Origin: an uncultured Bacilli bacterium
Lineage (GTDB): Bacteria; Bacillota_I; Bacilli_A; RF39; UBA660
Direction of reading: 5' to 3'
NCBI GenBank assembly: GCA_947626095.1
Contig: CANQQV010000011.1
Span: 1-51,595 of the forward strand
Length of the DNA stretch: 51,595 nt
Below, one piece after another: positions 1 to 9,690 of the stretch. Position 1 is the stretch's first letter. Each line of letters opens with the position of its first letter. The notes under the pieces are model-generated. The model did not search any database, was not told the origin of the DNA, and saw nothing but the letters and a program-made list of their open reading frames with translations. The position numbers and the translations under genes were made by a program.

Positions 1-76
1 AAAGGTATATTCTATTATATAGTAATACTGACATTTCTAAAAAATCTTATACTGACATTTTAAAAAAGGATTAACA
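1..76. mobile_element. Probable terminal end of an ISNCY/IS481-like insertion sequence (transposase outside window)
   Basis: Two direct repeats ATACTGACATTT(C)TAAAAAA at 25-44 and 49-67, ending in TTAACA at 76. Repeated TGACATT boxes ending in ACA resemble TGT...ACA-type IS ends (recalled pattern, not searched). Confidence 0.5.
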
Positions 77-155
77 TAAGGTAAAATAATTATTGCTTTA
101 TTTAAGAAATTGCTTTAAAATTATAGGTAAGTAATATACTTGGGAGGTGTGTTAT

Positions 156-446
156 ATGAAAATTACAAAGGTTGTACTTCGTAATAAAGAAAAAGAAGAT
201 TCACGTATGAAGGCCATTGCAACTGTTACGTTGGATGAAGCTTTTGTTATTACTGGTATCAGATTAATTCAAGGAGACGATAAAATGTTTATCGCTATGC
301 CTAGTAGAAAAGTATCTGAAGGAGTTTACGATGATGTAGCTCATCCAGTAAATCAAGAAACACGTAAAATGTTTGAAGATGCTATCTTTAAAGCTTATGA
401 CGAAATGAAATCTAGCGGTGAAGAACTAGTTAAGATTGATTTATAA
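156..446 (+). CDS. spoVG: SpoVG septation regulator / nucleic-acid-binding protein
   Basis: MKIT.V...MKAIATVTLDEAFVITGIRLI.G...FIAMPSRK...Y.DVAHPVN.ETR; RBS GGAGG at 143-147 favours ATG 156. Confidence 0.95.
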   Translation: MKITKVVLRNKEKEDSRMKAIATVTLDEAFVITGIRLIQGDDKMFIAMPSRKVSEGVYDDVAHPVNQETRKMFEDAIFKAYDEMKSSGEELVKIDL

Positions 447-525
447 TTATTACTCAAAGTTAAAAGCTTTGAGTTTTTTTGTGCTAAAAATTAAAGATAG
501 TTCATATATATTATTAGGTGAGAAT

Positions 526-804
526 ATGGATAATAGTTATGAAAATACTAAGCATGAAGTAAAGATTATTGATCGTAATTTAATATATTTATCAGGAATA
601 GATAAAATAATTAGTTTTGATAGTGAAGAATTCTTATTAGAAAGTGTGATGGGAATTATCTTACTTAAAGGAGAAAACTTAGAGATTGTTAAATTAGATA
701 CCCATGATGGAGTTGTTAGTATTAAGGGAGTTATTAACAGTATGACTTATGATAATGATAAAAAGAAAGAATCAGAGTCGATTATAGGTAAATTATTTAA
801 GTAA
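526..804 (+). CDS. yabP: Sporulation protein YabP
   Basis: H.V.I.DR..I.LSGI..I.SFD.EEF.LE..MG...LKGENL.I.KLD...G.V.I.G.I; order yabP-yabQ-divIC; start moved to ATG 526 after AGGTG. Confidence 0.9.
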   Translation: MDNSYENTKHEVKIIDRNLIYLSGIDKIISFDSEEFLLESVMGIILLKGENLEIVKLDTHDGVVSIKGVINSMTYDNDKKKESESIIGKLFK

Positions 805-1067
805 TGAATTCATATATTCAATTAATTAGTTTATTAGTATCTTTTGGATATGGAATATTACTTTTTTATTTAAATAGGTTTAATATTAAGATAATTAGAG
901 GCAAAAACATAGTTATTAGAAGTATTATCAGTTTGTTATATTTATTTGATATAGCACTATTATATATAGTTATATTGTATAAATTAAATAGTGGGATATG
1001 GCATGTATATTTTGCGTTATGTATTATATTAGGGTATGTTTTTATCTGCGTTAAAAAGTGTCAATAG
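804..1067 (+). CDS. yabQ: Spore cortex protein YabQ-like membrane protein
   Basis: Three hydrophobic segments, Q near the N-terminus, LNSG motif; coupled to yabP. Confidence 0.75.
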   Translation: MNSYIQLISLLVSFGYGILLFYLNRFNIKIIRGKNIVIRSIISLLYLFDIALLYIVILYKLNSGIWHVYFALCIILGYVFICVKKCQ

Positions 1068-1130
1068 ACATTATAAGACATTCTTATTTACTTGTTATTT
1101 TGTTATACTTAATAATAAGGAGAGCAATAT

Positions 1131-1472
1131 ATGACAAGTAAAAATAAAACAAAAAATATTGAAGTTGTTGAAGAAAAAAGTCATGTCGGTTTTTTGTTGT
1201 TTTTTGTTGTTGTATTTATTGTAATTTTATTTGCGACTGTCTTTAGTGATTGGACGCAAATATATGAAAATAATAAGTTAAAAGATGATTTAAATGTCTA
1301 TTATGGTGAGTTACAGGAAGAGGAAGCTGCTTTAAATAGTGAAGTAGCGAAGTTACAAGATCCTGATTATATGGCAAGATATGCTAGAGAAAGATATGGT
1401 TATACTAAGGATGGCGAAAAAATACTGACCATAATAGATGGTAAAGTTATTACTGAAAGTGATACAGAATAA
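1131..1472 (+). CDS. divIC: Septum formation initiator DivIC/FtsB family
   Basis: TM helix, coiled coil, LQDPDYMARYARERYGY..DGE. Confidence 0.9.
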   Translation: MTSKNKTKNIEVVEEKSHVGFLLFFVVVFIVILFATVFSDWTQIYENNKLKDDLNVYYGELQEEEAALNSEVAKLQDPDYMARYARERYGYTKDGEKILTIIDGKVITESDTE

Positions 1473-1493
1473 GCAGATTATCTGCTTTTTTTT
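1471..1493 (+). terminator. Intrinsic terminator after divIC
   Basis: AAGCAGA-TTA-TCTGCTT plus T tract. Confidence 0.75.
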
Positions 1494-1544
1494 ATGTATA
1501 AATTTAGCATTATATAATATTTATTTATTATATGGAGAGATTAT

Positions 1545-2096
1545 ATGAACTTTTATAAAGTCTTATTAATTAGTGTTGGTTTAGCAATGGATGCTTTTGC
1601 AGTTTCAATATGTAAGGGAATATGTCTTAAAGAAATAAATATTAAAAAACAAATTAAAGTAGGATTATACTTTGGTTTATTTCAAGCGATAATGCCAATA
1701 ATTGGTTACTTTTTAGGTGATATATTTAACGATTATTTACTTGTGTTTGATCATTATATTGTCTTTACTTTATTAGTGATTATTGGAGTTAATATGATTA
1801 TGGAGACGATTGCTAATAAGAAGGATACTTTTGATGAACAAATTAATTTTAAAGCAATGTTTATACCGGCTTTAGCTACTAGTATTGATGCTTTAGCTGT
1901 TGGTTTTTCTTTTGCTTTTATGAAAGTTAATTTAATTTTTTCGGTAATAATGATTGGATTGGTAGCTTTTCTATTTACTTATGTGGGAGTTAAGATTGGA
2001 TTTAAAGTTGGGAGTAAATACGAGAATAAAGCAAAGATAATTGGAGGGATTATTTTAATATTAATTGCCATAAAGATTATTATTGAACAGATGTAA
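1545..2096 (+). CDS. mntP: Manganese efflux pump MntP
   Basis: GLAMDAFAVS..KG, FGLFQAIMP..G, ALATSIDALAVG. Confidence 0.92.
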   Translation: MNFYKVLLISVGLAMDAFAVSICKGICLKEINIKKQIKVGLYFGLFQAIMPIIGYFLGDIFNDYLLVFDHYIVFTLLVIIGVNMIMETIANKKDTFDEQINFKAMFIPALATSIDALAVGFSFAFMKVNLIFSVIMIGLVAFLFTYVGVKIGFKVGSKYENKAKIIGGIILILIAIKIIIEQM

Positions 2097-2155
2097 TAGT
2101 TTTTGTGTATAAGTTCGATTAATTATAGTAAAATATTAATAAATTTGGGAATTTG

Positions 2156-2212
2156 CAACCGAAAATTGACAAAAAACAACTTAAAATTGGTAGAGTGCAA
2201 CCAGATAAATTG
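2156..2212 (+). promoter_or_regulatory. Three phased CAAC-N5/7-ATTG boxes, candidate XRE operator array
   Basis: CAAC at 2156, 2177 and 2198 (21-bp period), each followed by ATTG, directly upstream of an XRE-HTH gene. Confidence 0.45.
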
Positions 2213-2243
2213 ATATATTTTGGTCATGAAAAGAGGAAAAGTT

Positions 2244-3791
2244 ATGAATTTAGCTGATAATTTAAAAAGAATAAGAAAAGATAATAACTTATCACAGGAA
2301 CAATTAGCTGAAAAGCTTGGGGTGACTAGGCAGGCGGTTAGTAAATGGGAATCTGGTATTTCATATCCAGAAATGGATAAAGTTATGCAAATATGTCAGT
2401 TATTTAATTTAAATATTAATGAATTAGTGCATGAGAATTTAAATCAAGTAACAGAGAAGAAAAAAGAAAAGGATAATTTAAGTAAAATAGTTGATAGTTT
2501 CTTTAATTATATTACGAAAGTAGTTAATTTATTTAGTAGTTTTAAATTTAAAGATATTATCAAATGTTTATTTGAACAATTTGTTATTATAATAATTTTA
2601 CTAGTATGCTTTGCTGTTTTAGGAATGTTTTTAGGTAATATTGTTTTATGGATGATACCTTATGGTAGTAGTCTACGTAATATTATATATTTCTTAGAAG
2701 GTATATATGTGTTTGGAGCTTTTGTCTTAGGTTTAGCAATATTTCTTCATATATTTAAAATTAGATATTTAGATTATTATGAAATTGTTACTAAAGATGA
2801 AGTTATGAATGATAATGAAGAAGAAAAACATAATGAATTAGTTAGAGAAGGTAAAAAAGTATTAGAACAAAGAAGAGAAAAAATAATTGTTAGAGATCCA
2901 AAGCATAGTGAATATAGTTTTATTAAGTTTTTATTTAAAGGTGTATTATTACTTTTAAAAGGTTTAGCGTTATTTGCTTTATCTATTGGAGCAGGAATAT
3001 TTGTATTTGTTTTAATTTGTTTTATCTTAAGTTTTTTGGTAATTAAATCGGGATTGTTCTTTGTTGCATTAGAAGTAGGTTTGATAGGAGCAGGCTTACT
3101 TACTTATTTACTTATTTTAATCTTCTTTGATTTTATCTTTAACCGTGATTTAAATAAAAAATTCTTATTGATATGTTTTATTAGCTCTTTAATCTTAATT
3201 GGTTCAGGTATTGGTTTAGGAGCTGTTAGCTTAGTTCAATTTGATATTAAAGATAGTGAAAATTATGTTAAAACTCAATTTAATCAACCTATGAAAAATG
3301 ATATGGTATTGGTCAAACAATCATTTTCTTCTCGTTTATATAGTGATATAGAATATATTCCTAGCGATAATAATGATATTAAAATAGTTGTTGAACATTC
3401 AAGATATAATAATGCTGATTTATATATAAAACTTAATAGTATTGTTTTAGGTATTTCCGATAATCAAGATTTTACAATGGATTTGATTCGTCAAATCATA
3501 GATGATATTAATAATAAAAAGATTGTTACTTATAAAAGTGATTATAAAGTTAAAGTATATACAACAGAGGAAAATATTAAGATATTAAAAGCTAATGAAG
3601 AAAAGTATTATGATTTAGTTGAATCTTATGAAAAAAGAATAAATGAATTAACTGATTTAACTTATGAAAAAGATGAAGAAATAACAGAATTAAGTGAAAA
3701 GTTAGAAGAATTAATTCAAGATTTAAAATATAATGGCTTTAATGTTACTTATGATGAATATGGTAATATAGTTTTAGTTAAAGCTGAATAA
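2244..3791 (+). CDS. XRE-family HTH regulator fused to a multi-TM membrane domain and C-terminal coiled coil
   Basis: LSQEQLAEKLGVTRQAVSKWESG...P; several TM segments; RBS AGAGGA favours ATG 2244. Confidence 0.85.
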   Translation: MNLADNLKRIRKDNNLSQEQLAEKLGVTRQAVSKWESGISYPEMDKVMQICQLFNLNINELVHENLNQVTEKKKEKDNLSKIVDSFFNYITKVVNLFSSFKFKDIIKCLFEQFVIIIILLVCFAVLGMFLGNIVLWMIPYGSSLRNIIYFLEGIYVFGAFVLGLAIFLHIFKIRYLDYYEIVTKDEVMNDNEEEKHNELVREGKKVLEQRREKIIVRDPKHSEYSFIKFLFKGVLLLLKGLALFALSIGAGIFVFVLICFILSFLVIKSGLFFVALEVGLIGAGLLTYLLILIFFDFIFNRDLNKKFLLICFISSLILIGSGIGLGAVSLVQFDIKDSENYVKTQFNQPMKNDMVLVKQSFSSRLYSDIEYIPSDNNDIKIVVEHSRYNNADLYIKLNSIVLGISDNQDFTMDLIRQIIDDINNKKIVTYKSDYKVKVYTTEENIKILKANEEKYYDLVESYEKRINELTDLTYEKDEEITELSEKLEELIQDLKYNGFNVTYDEYGNIVLVKAE

Positions 3792-3864
3792 TTAGATTGG
3801 GAACTGATAGTTCCTTTTCTTTTGACTTAAAAATGATATGATTTTATTAAAGGAGCAAATAGGT

Positions 3865-4620
3865 ATGGAACAAAATAAAACTGGTAAATTTATAAAAGAG
3901 TTAAGAGAAAAGAATAAATTAACGCAACAAGAATTAGCTAATATAATACCAGTAACAAGAGAAGCAGTAAGCAAATGGGAGAGAGGAATTAGTTTACCAG
4001 ATAGTGATTGTTTAGTTAAATTAAGTACATTATTTAAAGTAAGTATTAATGAAATATTAGAAGGAGAATATAAGGTTAATAAGAAGTTAATTATTGTATA
4101 TATAGTTATTTTTCTTTTTAGTACTTTTGTTTTTAATGAGTTTTTCTTATTTAATGAAGTAATTAACTCTATATTTTTTGTTTACTTTGTTTTATTACTA
4201 ATTAATGATGATAAAATAGAAAGATTTATTTATTGGGTATTAACAAGTATGATATTTCTCTTAATAATTAGAATGGTAGTTGGTTGGATATACTTTCCTT
4301 TAAAAGGTTTTACTCTTAATAAATTGAATTTAGTTTCTAATATAGTTAGAGTAATATTTGAATGTTATGTTTTAAGTAACTTACTTGGTTTATTTAAGAA
4401 AAACAAGATGTTTATGAGAGTCTTTATAGTACTTTATATAATTTTAGAAATAGTTATAATGATTATTAGTATTATAAACTTTAAATATCTAGTAGGAGAT
4501 ATTATGATAAAATGCTTTAGTACTTTATTGGAAATAGTACTTAATATAATAATTATTATTTATTCTTTTAATTTTAAGAAAATTAAAAGAATTAAAATAG
4601 TGAATGTCAAAGAAAGTTAA
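3865..4620 (+). CDS. XRE-family HTH regulator with multi-TM C-terminus
   Basis: LTQQELAN..PVTREAVSKWERG.SLPD followed by hydrophobic helices. Confidence 0.85.
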   Translation: MEQNKTGKFIKELREKNKLTQQELANIIPVTREAVSKWERGISLPDSDCLVKLSTLFKVSINEILEGEYKVNKKLIIVYIVIFLFSTFVFNEFFLFNEVINSIFFVYFVLLLINDDKIERFIYWVLTSMIFLLIIRMVVGWIYFPLKGFTLNKLNLVSNIVRVIFECYVLSNLLGLFKKNKMFMRVFIVLYIILEIVIMIISIINFKYLVGDIMIKCFSTLLEIVLNIIIIIYSFNFKKIKRIKIVNVKES

Positions 4621-4691
4621 AATCTATTAATTTAGATTTTCTTTTTTTCTTTTGTGTTATAATTTTTGTATGTAGAGGTAGAGTGGTAAAA

Positions 4692-5216
4692 ATGAAAAAA
4701 GGATTTGTAAGGTTAGCAATGCCTGAAATACAAACTGATAGTATTGTAGATGGGGAAGGTATTAGAAGTGTAATTTGGTTTCAAGGATGTTCTCATGATT
4801 GTCCTGGCTGTCATAATCCTGAAACACATGATTTTAAAGCTGGAACTGAAGTAGCTATTGCCGATGTAAAAAAGCAAATAGATGAATTAGAATTTCAAGA
4901 AGGTGTTACTTTTTCTGGAGGAGATCCAATGATGCAGATAGAAGCATTAGAGGAACTAGCTAAATATGTTAAAGAAAAAGGTATGGATGTATGGTGTTAT
5001 ACAGGTTATACTTTTGAAGAAGTGTTAGAACTAGCGAAAAAGAATGAACATTATATGAATGCTTTAAAATATATCGATGCTTTAGTTGATGGAAGATTTA
5101 TAATGGCTTTAAAGAGTTTTGATGTTGTATTTAGAGGTTCTAGTAATCAGAGAATTATAGATGTAGCTAAAAGTTTAGAAAAGGGTAAAGTGGTTAAATA
5201 TAAGAATTATAAATAG
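4692..5216 (+). CDS. nrdG: Anaerobic ribonucleotide reductase activating protein (radical SAM)
   Basis: DSIVDGEGIR...QGCSHDCPGCHNP, TFSGGDP, YTGYT, LVDGRF, FRGSSNQR. Confidence 0.95.
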   Translation: MKKGFVRLAMPEIQTDSIVDGEGIRSVIWFQGCSHDCPGCHNPETHDFKAGTEVAIADVKKQIDELEFQEGVTFSGGDPMMQIEALEELAKYVKEKGMDVWCYTGYTFEEVLELAKKNEHYMNALKYIDALVDGRFIMALKSFDVVFRGSSNQRIIDVAKSLEKGKVVKYKNYK

Positions 5217-5225
5217 AGGTAGGAT

Positions 5226-7031
5226 ATGAAAGCAAAAATAAGAACAATATTAATAACAGTTTGTATTTTATTAGCTCTTTGTTTTGACTATGTTAAGTAT
5301 TTAGCGGCTGAAAATCCATTGGGGGGGGTAGACGGCTCTTTAAAGATTGGCTATGTTGGAACTATTGTATTATTTATATTGCTATACCATTTTATAAAGC
5401 AAAAAGAAGTTATTAAAAGTAAAATAGTTAGCTTCTTAAGTGGATTATTAGCTTTCTTTATGTTATTTGGCGCTAGTTATATGAAGTATGGAAATGCTTC
5501 TTTAGTCTTTGCTAATTTTTATAATTTTATAATTTGTTTAATTGTTTTTGTAGGTTATTACTTCATATTTAAGTATATTATTAGTTTATTTTATAACATT
5601 TTAGATAAGTATAAGGATAGTAAATGGCCAAATAAAATATTAAATGTTTTTAAAAAACATCCGTTTATAATTAGTTTAATTGTTATTATATTATGTTGGA
5701 TACCTTATTTTATTGCTTATTATCCAGTTATATTGTCACCAGATCCTAGTTTTCAAATAAAACAGTTTTTTGGAATTAGAAGTAAATATAATGATTATGT
5801 AGTTATGTTAGATGATAATGTTTTACTTACTAATCATCATCCGGTTGCCCATACGGTTTTAATTGGTGGTTGTTTAAAACTAGGCCATATGATAGGTAAT
5901 GATAATTTAGGATTATTCTTTTATAGTTTAATCCAAATTGCTGTTCTTTCTGTTGTTTTAGCTTATACCATAAAGTATATGGTTAAAGATATGAATGTTT
6001 CTTGGAAATTTGTTTTAGGAGCTTTAGCAATATATGCTTTAGTACCAATGTATGGAATGTATGCCATAAGTGCAGTTAAAGATGTTTTATTTACAGCGTT
6101 TATTATTTTATATATTTTGTTATTACATAAAGTACTTTCTTATAAAGGGAAGTTTAAAATATTTGATATGATAAAGCTTGTACTAGTTATGTTATTAGTT
6201 ATTCTATTTAGAAATAATGGGTTACATGTAATTATTTTATCTTTTCCATTTTTAATCTTAGCAGTTAAGAAATATCGTAAACAATTAATTACAGTCTTTT
6301 TAATAGTACTTGTTTTGTCTACTTGCTATTCAAAAGTTTTATTACCTGCTTTAAAGATAACTCCTGGTAGTATAAGAGAAGCTTTATCTGTACCTTTTCA
6401 ACAAACAGCAAGATATGTTAAATATCATAGTGATGACTTAAGTGATAAGGATAAAGAAGTAATAGATAAAGTATTAATATATGATACTTTAAGTGAAAGG
6501 TATGATCCTGAACTAGCTGATGATGTTAAAAATAAGTTTAATAAGTATGCAACTAGTGAAGATATAAAAGAATATTTTAAAGTATGGTTTAAGGGACTAG
6601 TAAAACATCCGATTACTTATGTTAATGCAACAGTTAATAATACTTATGGGTTCTTCTATCCAGAGAAAACATCTTGGTATTTACATACTAAGTTAGATAC
6701 TAGAATAAATGAAGATGGTTTTGCTTATCATTATAATAAGTTAAATAATTATCGAGATAATGTAACTGATTATGTCGTTAATTATCCTAAAATACCAGTA
6801 ATAGGTTTAATATGTAATATTGGTTTTAATACTTGGATGGTTTTTATATTAGTAGGTTATATCTTAAAAAATAAAGAATATAAGAAGTTAGTATTATACT
6901 TACCAGCTTTAATTTCAATATTAGTTTGTATTGTAGGACCTGCTAATACTTATTTTAGATATGCAATGCCTTATATGTTTGCGATGCCTTTAATGATAAG
7001 TTTTGTTTTACAAAGAAAAAATATAGTATAA
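5226..7031 (+). CDS. Multi-TM membrane protein, DUF6020-like (probable GT-C glycosyltransferase)
   Basis: Many TM helices; YP..LSPD..FQ, NHHPV.HT, KDV.F, FRNNG, S.PFQQTARY, FRYA.P; adjacent GT2. Confidence 0.7.
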   Translation: MKAKIRTILITVCILLALCFDYVKYLAAENPLGGVDGSLKIGYVGTIVLFILLYHFIKQKEVIKSKIVSFLSGLLAFFMLFGASYMKYGNASLVFANFYNFIICLIVFVGYYFIFKYIISLFYNILDKYKDSKWPNKILNVFKKHPFIISLIVIILCWIPYFIAYYPVILSPDPSFQIKQFFGIRSKYNDYVVMLDDNVLLTNHHPVAHTVLIGGCLKLGHMIGNDNLGLFFYSLIQIAVLSVVLAYTIKYMVKDMNVSWKFVLGALAIYALVPMYGMYAISAVKDVLFTAFIILYILLLHKVLSYKGKFKIFDMIKLVLVMLLVILFRNNGLHVIILSFPFLILAVKKYRKQLITVFLIVLVLSTCYSKVLLPALKITPGSIREALSVPFQQTARYVKYHSDDLSDKDKEVIDKVLIYDTLSERYDPELADDVKNKFNKYATSEDIKEYFKVWFKGLVKHPITYVNATVNNTYGFFYPEKTSWYLHTKLDTRINEDGFAYHYNKLNNYRDNVTDYVVNYPKIPVIGLICNIGFNTWMVFILVGYILKNKEYKKLVLYLPALISILVCIVGPANTYFRYAMPYMFAMPLMISFVLQRKNIV

Positions 7032-7051
7032 TTAACTTATGAGGTGGATTT

Positions 7052-8002
7052 ATGAAATCTAAAGATAAAAGTAAGATAGCGGTTTTAATACCTTGTTGTA
7101 ATGAAGCTAAGACAATAGAAAAGGTAGTTAAAGATTATAAGAAGGTATTACCGGATGCTGATATATATGTTTATGATAATAATTCTAGTGATGGGACAGA
7201 TGAAATTGCAAGAAAAGCAGGTGCTATTGTTAGATATGAGTATCGTCAAGGTAAAGGTAATGTTATTAGAACGATGTTTCGTGAAATAGATGCTGATTGC
7301 TATTTAATGATTGATGGCGATGATACTTATCCAGCAGAAAATGCTAAAGAAATGTGTGACTTAGTATTAAATGGTAAAGCAGATATGGTTATAGGAGATA
7401 GATTGTCTTCAACTTATTTTACGGAGAATAAAAGATTATTTCATAACTTTGGTAATAAGATGGTTAGATGGTTAATCAACACAATGTTTAAAAACAAAGT
7501 TAAAGATATTATGACTGGTTATAGGGCATTTAGTTATGAATTTGTTAAAGGTTTTCCTGTTTTATCAAAAGGATTTGAAATAGAAACAGAAATGACAATA
7601 CATGCAGTAGATAAGAATTATAAATTAGTAGAAATACCTGTTTCTTATCGTGATAGACCAGAAGGATCTGTATCAAAGTTAAATACTTATAGTGATGGCT
7701 TAAAGGTTTTAAAGACAATTGCGACGTTATTTAAAGAATATAAACCAGCTATATTTTTTAATACTTTAGCTTTAATTTTCTTTATTATAGGTGTTGTAAT
7801 TGGTTTACCAGCTTATATAGGTTATTTTCAAACTGGTTTAGTTGAAAAGTTTCCTAGTTTAATAGTTAGTTGTTTTAGTATTATGATGGCATTATTATTT
7901 TTTATGACTGGTTTAATACTACAAGTTATAGTAAAAAAGCAAAAACAGAACTATGAATTATACCTAAATTTATTAGAGGTAACAAAAGATAAAAATAATT
8001 AG
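7052..8002 (+). CDS. Glycosyltransferase family 2 (polyprenyl-phosphate sugar transferase-like)
   Basis: IPCCNE, DNNSSD, GKG, DGDDTY, DIMTGYRAF, GFEIETE; two C-terminal TM helices. Confidence 0.9.
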   Translation: MKSKDKSKIAVLIPCCNEAKTIEKVVKDYKKVLPDADIYVYDNNSSDGTDEIARKAGAIVRYEYRQGKGNVIRTMFREIDADCYLMIDGDDTYPAENAKEMCDLVLNGKADMVIGDRLSSTYFTENKRLFHNFGNKMVRWLINTMFKNKVKDIMTGYRAFSYEFVKGFPVLSKGFEIETEMTIHAVDKNYKLVEIPVSYRDRPEGSVSKLNTYSDGLKVLKTIATLFKEYKPAIFFNTLALIFFIIGVVIGLPAYIGYFQTGLVEKFPSLIVSCFSIMMALLFFMTGLILQVIVKKQKQNYELYLNLLEVTKDKNN

Positions 8003-8083
8003 AATTTAGTTAAAGAAAAGGCTTAAAAACCTTTTCTTTTTTTGTTTTTAATGTATAATAAACCATTAAGTGAGTGAAGAATT

Positions 8084-8875
8084 ATGGGAAATATAAAATT
8101 AAAAAATTTAGCATTTTCTTATAATGATACTAACCAAGTATTTAAAGAGGTTAATTTTACGTTAAGGAAAGATAAAACGTTAAGTATTATTGGTCCTTCT
8201 TGTTCAGGAAAGACAACATTACTTAAGATACTTAATGGAGAATTAGAATATAAGGGTGAAGTTATTATTAATGGGGTTTTAGTAAATAGTGATAACTTTG
8301 ATGCTTTAAGAAAATGTATTGCTGTAGTATTTAAAGATACATTATTACTTGCAGATACAGTAGAAGATGAGCTTAAATATCCTCTTGAAAATATGAACTT
8401 ATCACCTGGGGAAATACGCAAACGTATGAATGAAATAAATGAATACTTTGGAATAAACAAAATACTTAAAAAAAGAATAAACTCACTTAGTTTAAATGAT
8501 CAAACTTTAGTTAAAATATTATCTTATGCGATAATGAATCCTTCTTATCTAGCCTTAGATGACTTACTTATTGACTTGAATTTAAGAACAAAAATACTAT
8601 TACTTAACTATTTAAATACGAAACATATTACTTTAATAAATGTAACAACTAATATGGAAGATGTCTTATATACTGATTATATTTTATGTTTATATGATGG
8701 AATTAATGCTTTAGATGGTAAGACTTTAGATGTTTTACAAAATGAAAAAATCTTAAAGAGATTAGGTTTTGATTTACCATTTATGATTGATTTATCTATT
8801 CAGTTACAACTATATGATCTTATTAATAGAAATTATTTAAATATGGAAGACTTGGTGAAGAACTTATGGAAATAG
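8084..8875 (+). CDS. ecfA1: ECF transporter ATPase A1, degenerate motifs
   Basis: Walker A GPSCSGKTT intact; signature LSLND, Walker B LALDD; conserved position upstream of truA-rplM. Confidence 0.75.
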   Translation: MGNIKLKNLAFSYNDTNQVFKEVNFTLRKDKTLSIIGPSCSGKTTLLKILNGELEYKGEVIINGVLVNSDNFDALRKCIAVVFKDTLLLADTVEDELKYPLENMNLSPGEIRKRMNEINEYFGINKILKKRINSLSLNDQTLVKILSYAIMNPSYLALDDLLIDLNLRTKILLLNYLNTKHITLINVTTNMEDVLYTDYILCLYDGINALDGKTLDVLQNEKILKRLGFDLPFMIDLSIQLQLYDLINRNYLNMEDLVKNLWK

Positions 8876-9690
8876 TATTTAATAATTTATCGTTAATTGA
8901 AAATAAGAATACTAAGCAAGAAGTTAAGTATTTAGATAATGTATCATTAACAATTAATGAAGGTAGTATAGTTGGTATAGCTGGTGAAAATTTAAGTTTT
9001 ATAAGTAATTTATTAATGGTTAGTAAAAGACCAAGTAAGGGTGAATTAAAGTTAGATGATTTAGTAATTAAAAGAACAAGTCATATTAATAATGTTAATA
9101 TGTTAAGAAAGAGAATTGGCGTTTTAGAAAGTAAGAATAACTTTATAACTAAGTCGGTTAAAGAAGAGATAGAGTTAGTTATGAAGAACTTTGAATATAA
9201 AGCTAAAGAAGATAATCAACACATTGTTGACTCTTTAAAGATAGCTGGATTAAATGAAGAGTATTTAGATATAAATCCGAATGAACTTTCTTATACAGAG
9301 AAGAAAAAGCTTAGTTTGGCTTGTTTACTTTCTTATAATCCAGAGGTAATAATTTTAGAAGATTTTTATAAAGGATTTATTTATCGAGAAAGAGAATATT
9401 ATAAAAAGTTATTCTTAAAATTAAAAAATAAATTTAAGAAAACAATTATTATCTTAGGTAATGATTTAACGTTTATGTTTAATCTTGTTGATAATTTATA
9501 TGTTATTAACAAGGGAGAAGTAGTTGTTAATGGAGACAAACAAGTCTTTTATAATGATGAATTATATAAATATTTAGAAATGCCTAAGATAGTAGAATTT
9601 ACCAAATATGCGCAAAGTAAAGGACATAAAATATTAGAATACACTGATTTAAAAGAACTTATAAAGGAATTGTATCGTAATGTTAAATAA
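8866..9690 (+). CDS. ecfA2: ECF transporter ATPase A2, Walker A lost
   Basis: LDNVSL.I.EG..VGI.G, P.ELS..EKK, L.YNPEVIIL; P-loop replaced by GENLSFIS. Confidence 0.72.
   Translation: MEIVFNNLSLIENKNTKQEVKYLDNVSLTINEGSIVGIAGENLSFISNLLMVSKRPSKGELKLDDLVIKRTSHINNVNMLRKRIGVLESKNNFITKSVKEEIELVMKNFEYKAKEDNQHIVDSLKIAGLNEEYLDINPNELSYTEKKKLSLACLLSYNPEVIILEDFYKGFIYREREYYKKLFLKLKNKFKKTIIILGNDLTFMFNLVDNLYVINKGEVVVNGDKQVFYNDELYKYLEMPKIVEFTKYAQSKGHKILEYTDLKELIKELYRNVK

Noticed and set aside
4692-5216. nrdG without adjacent nrdD
   Set aside because: Separation of these genes is common, and the rest of the genome is not visible.
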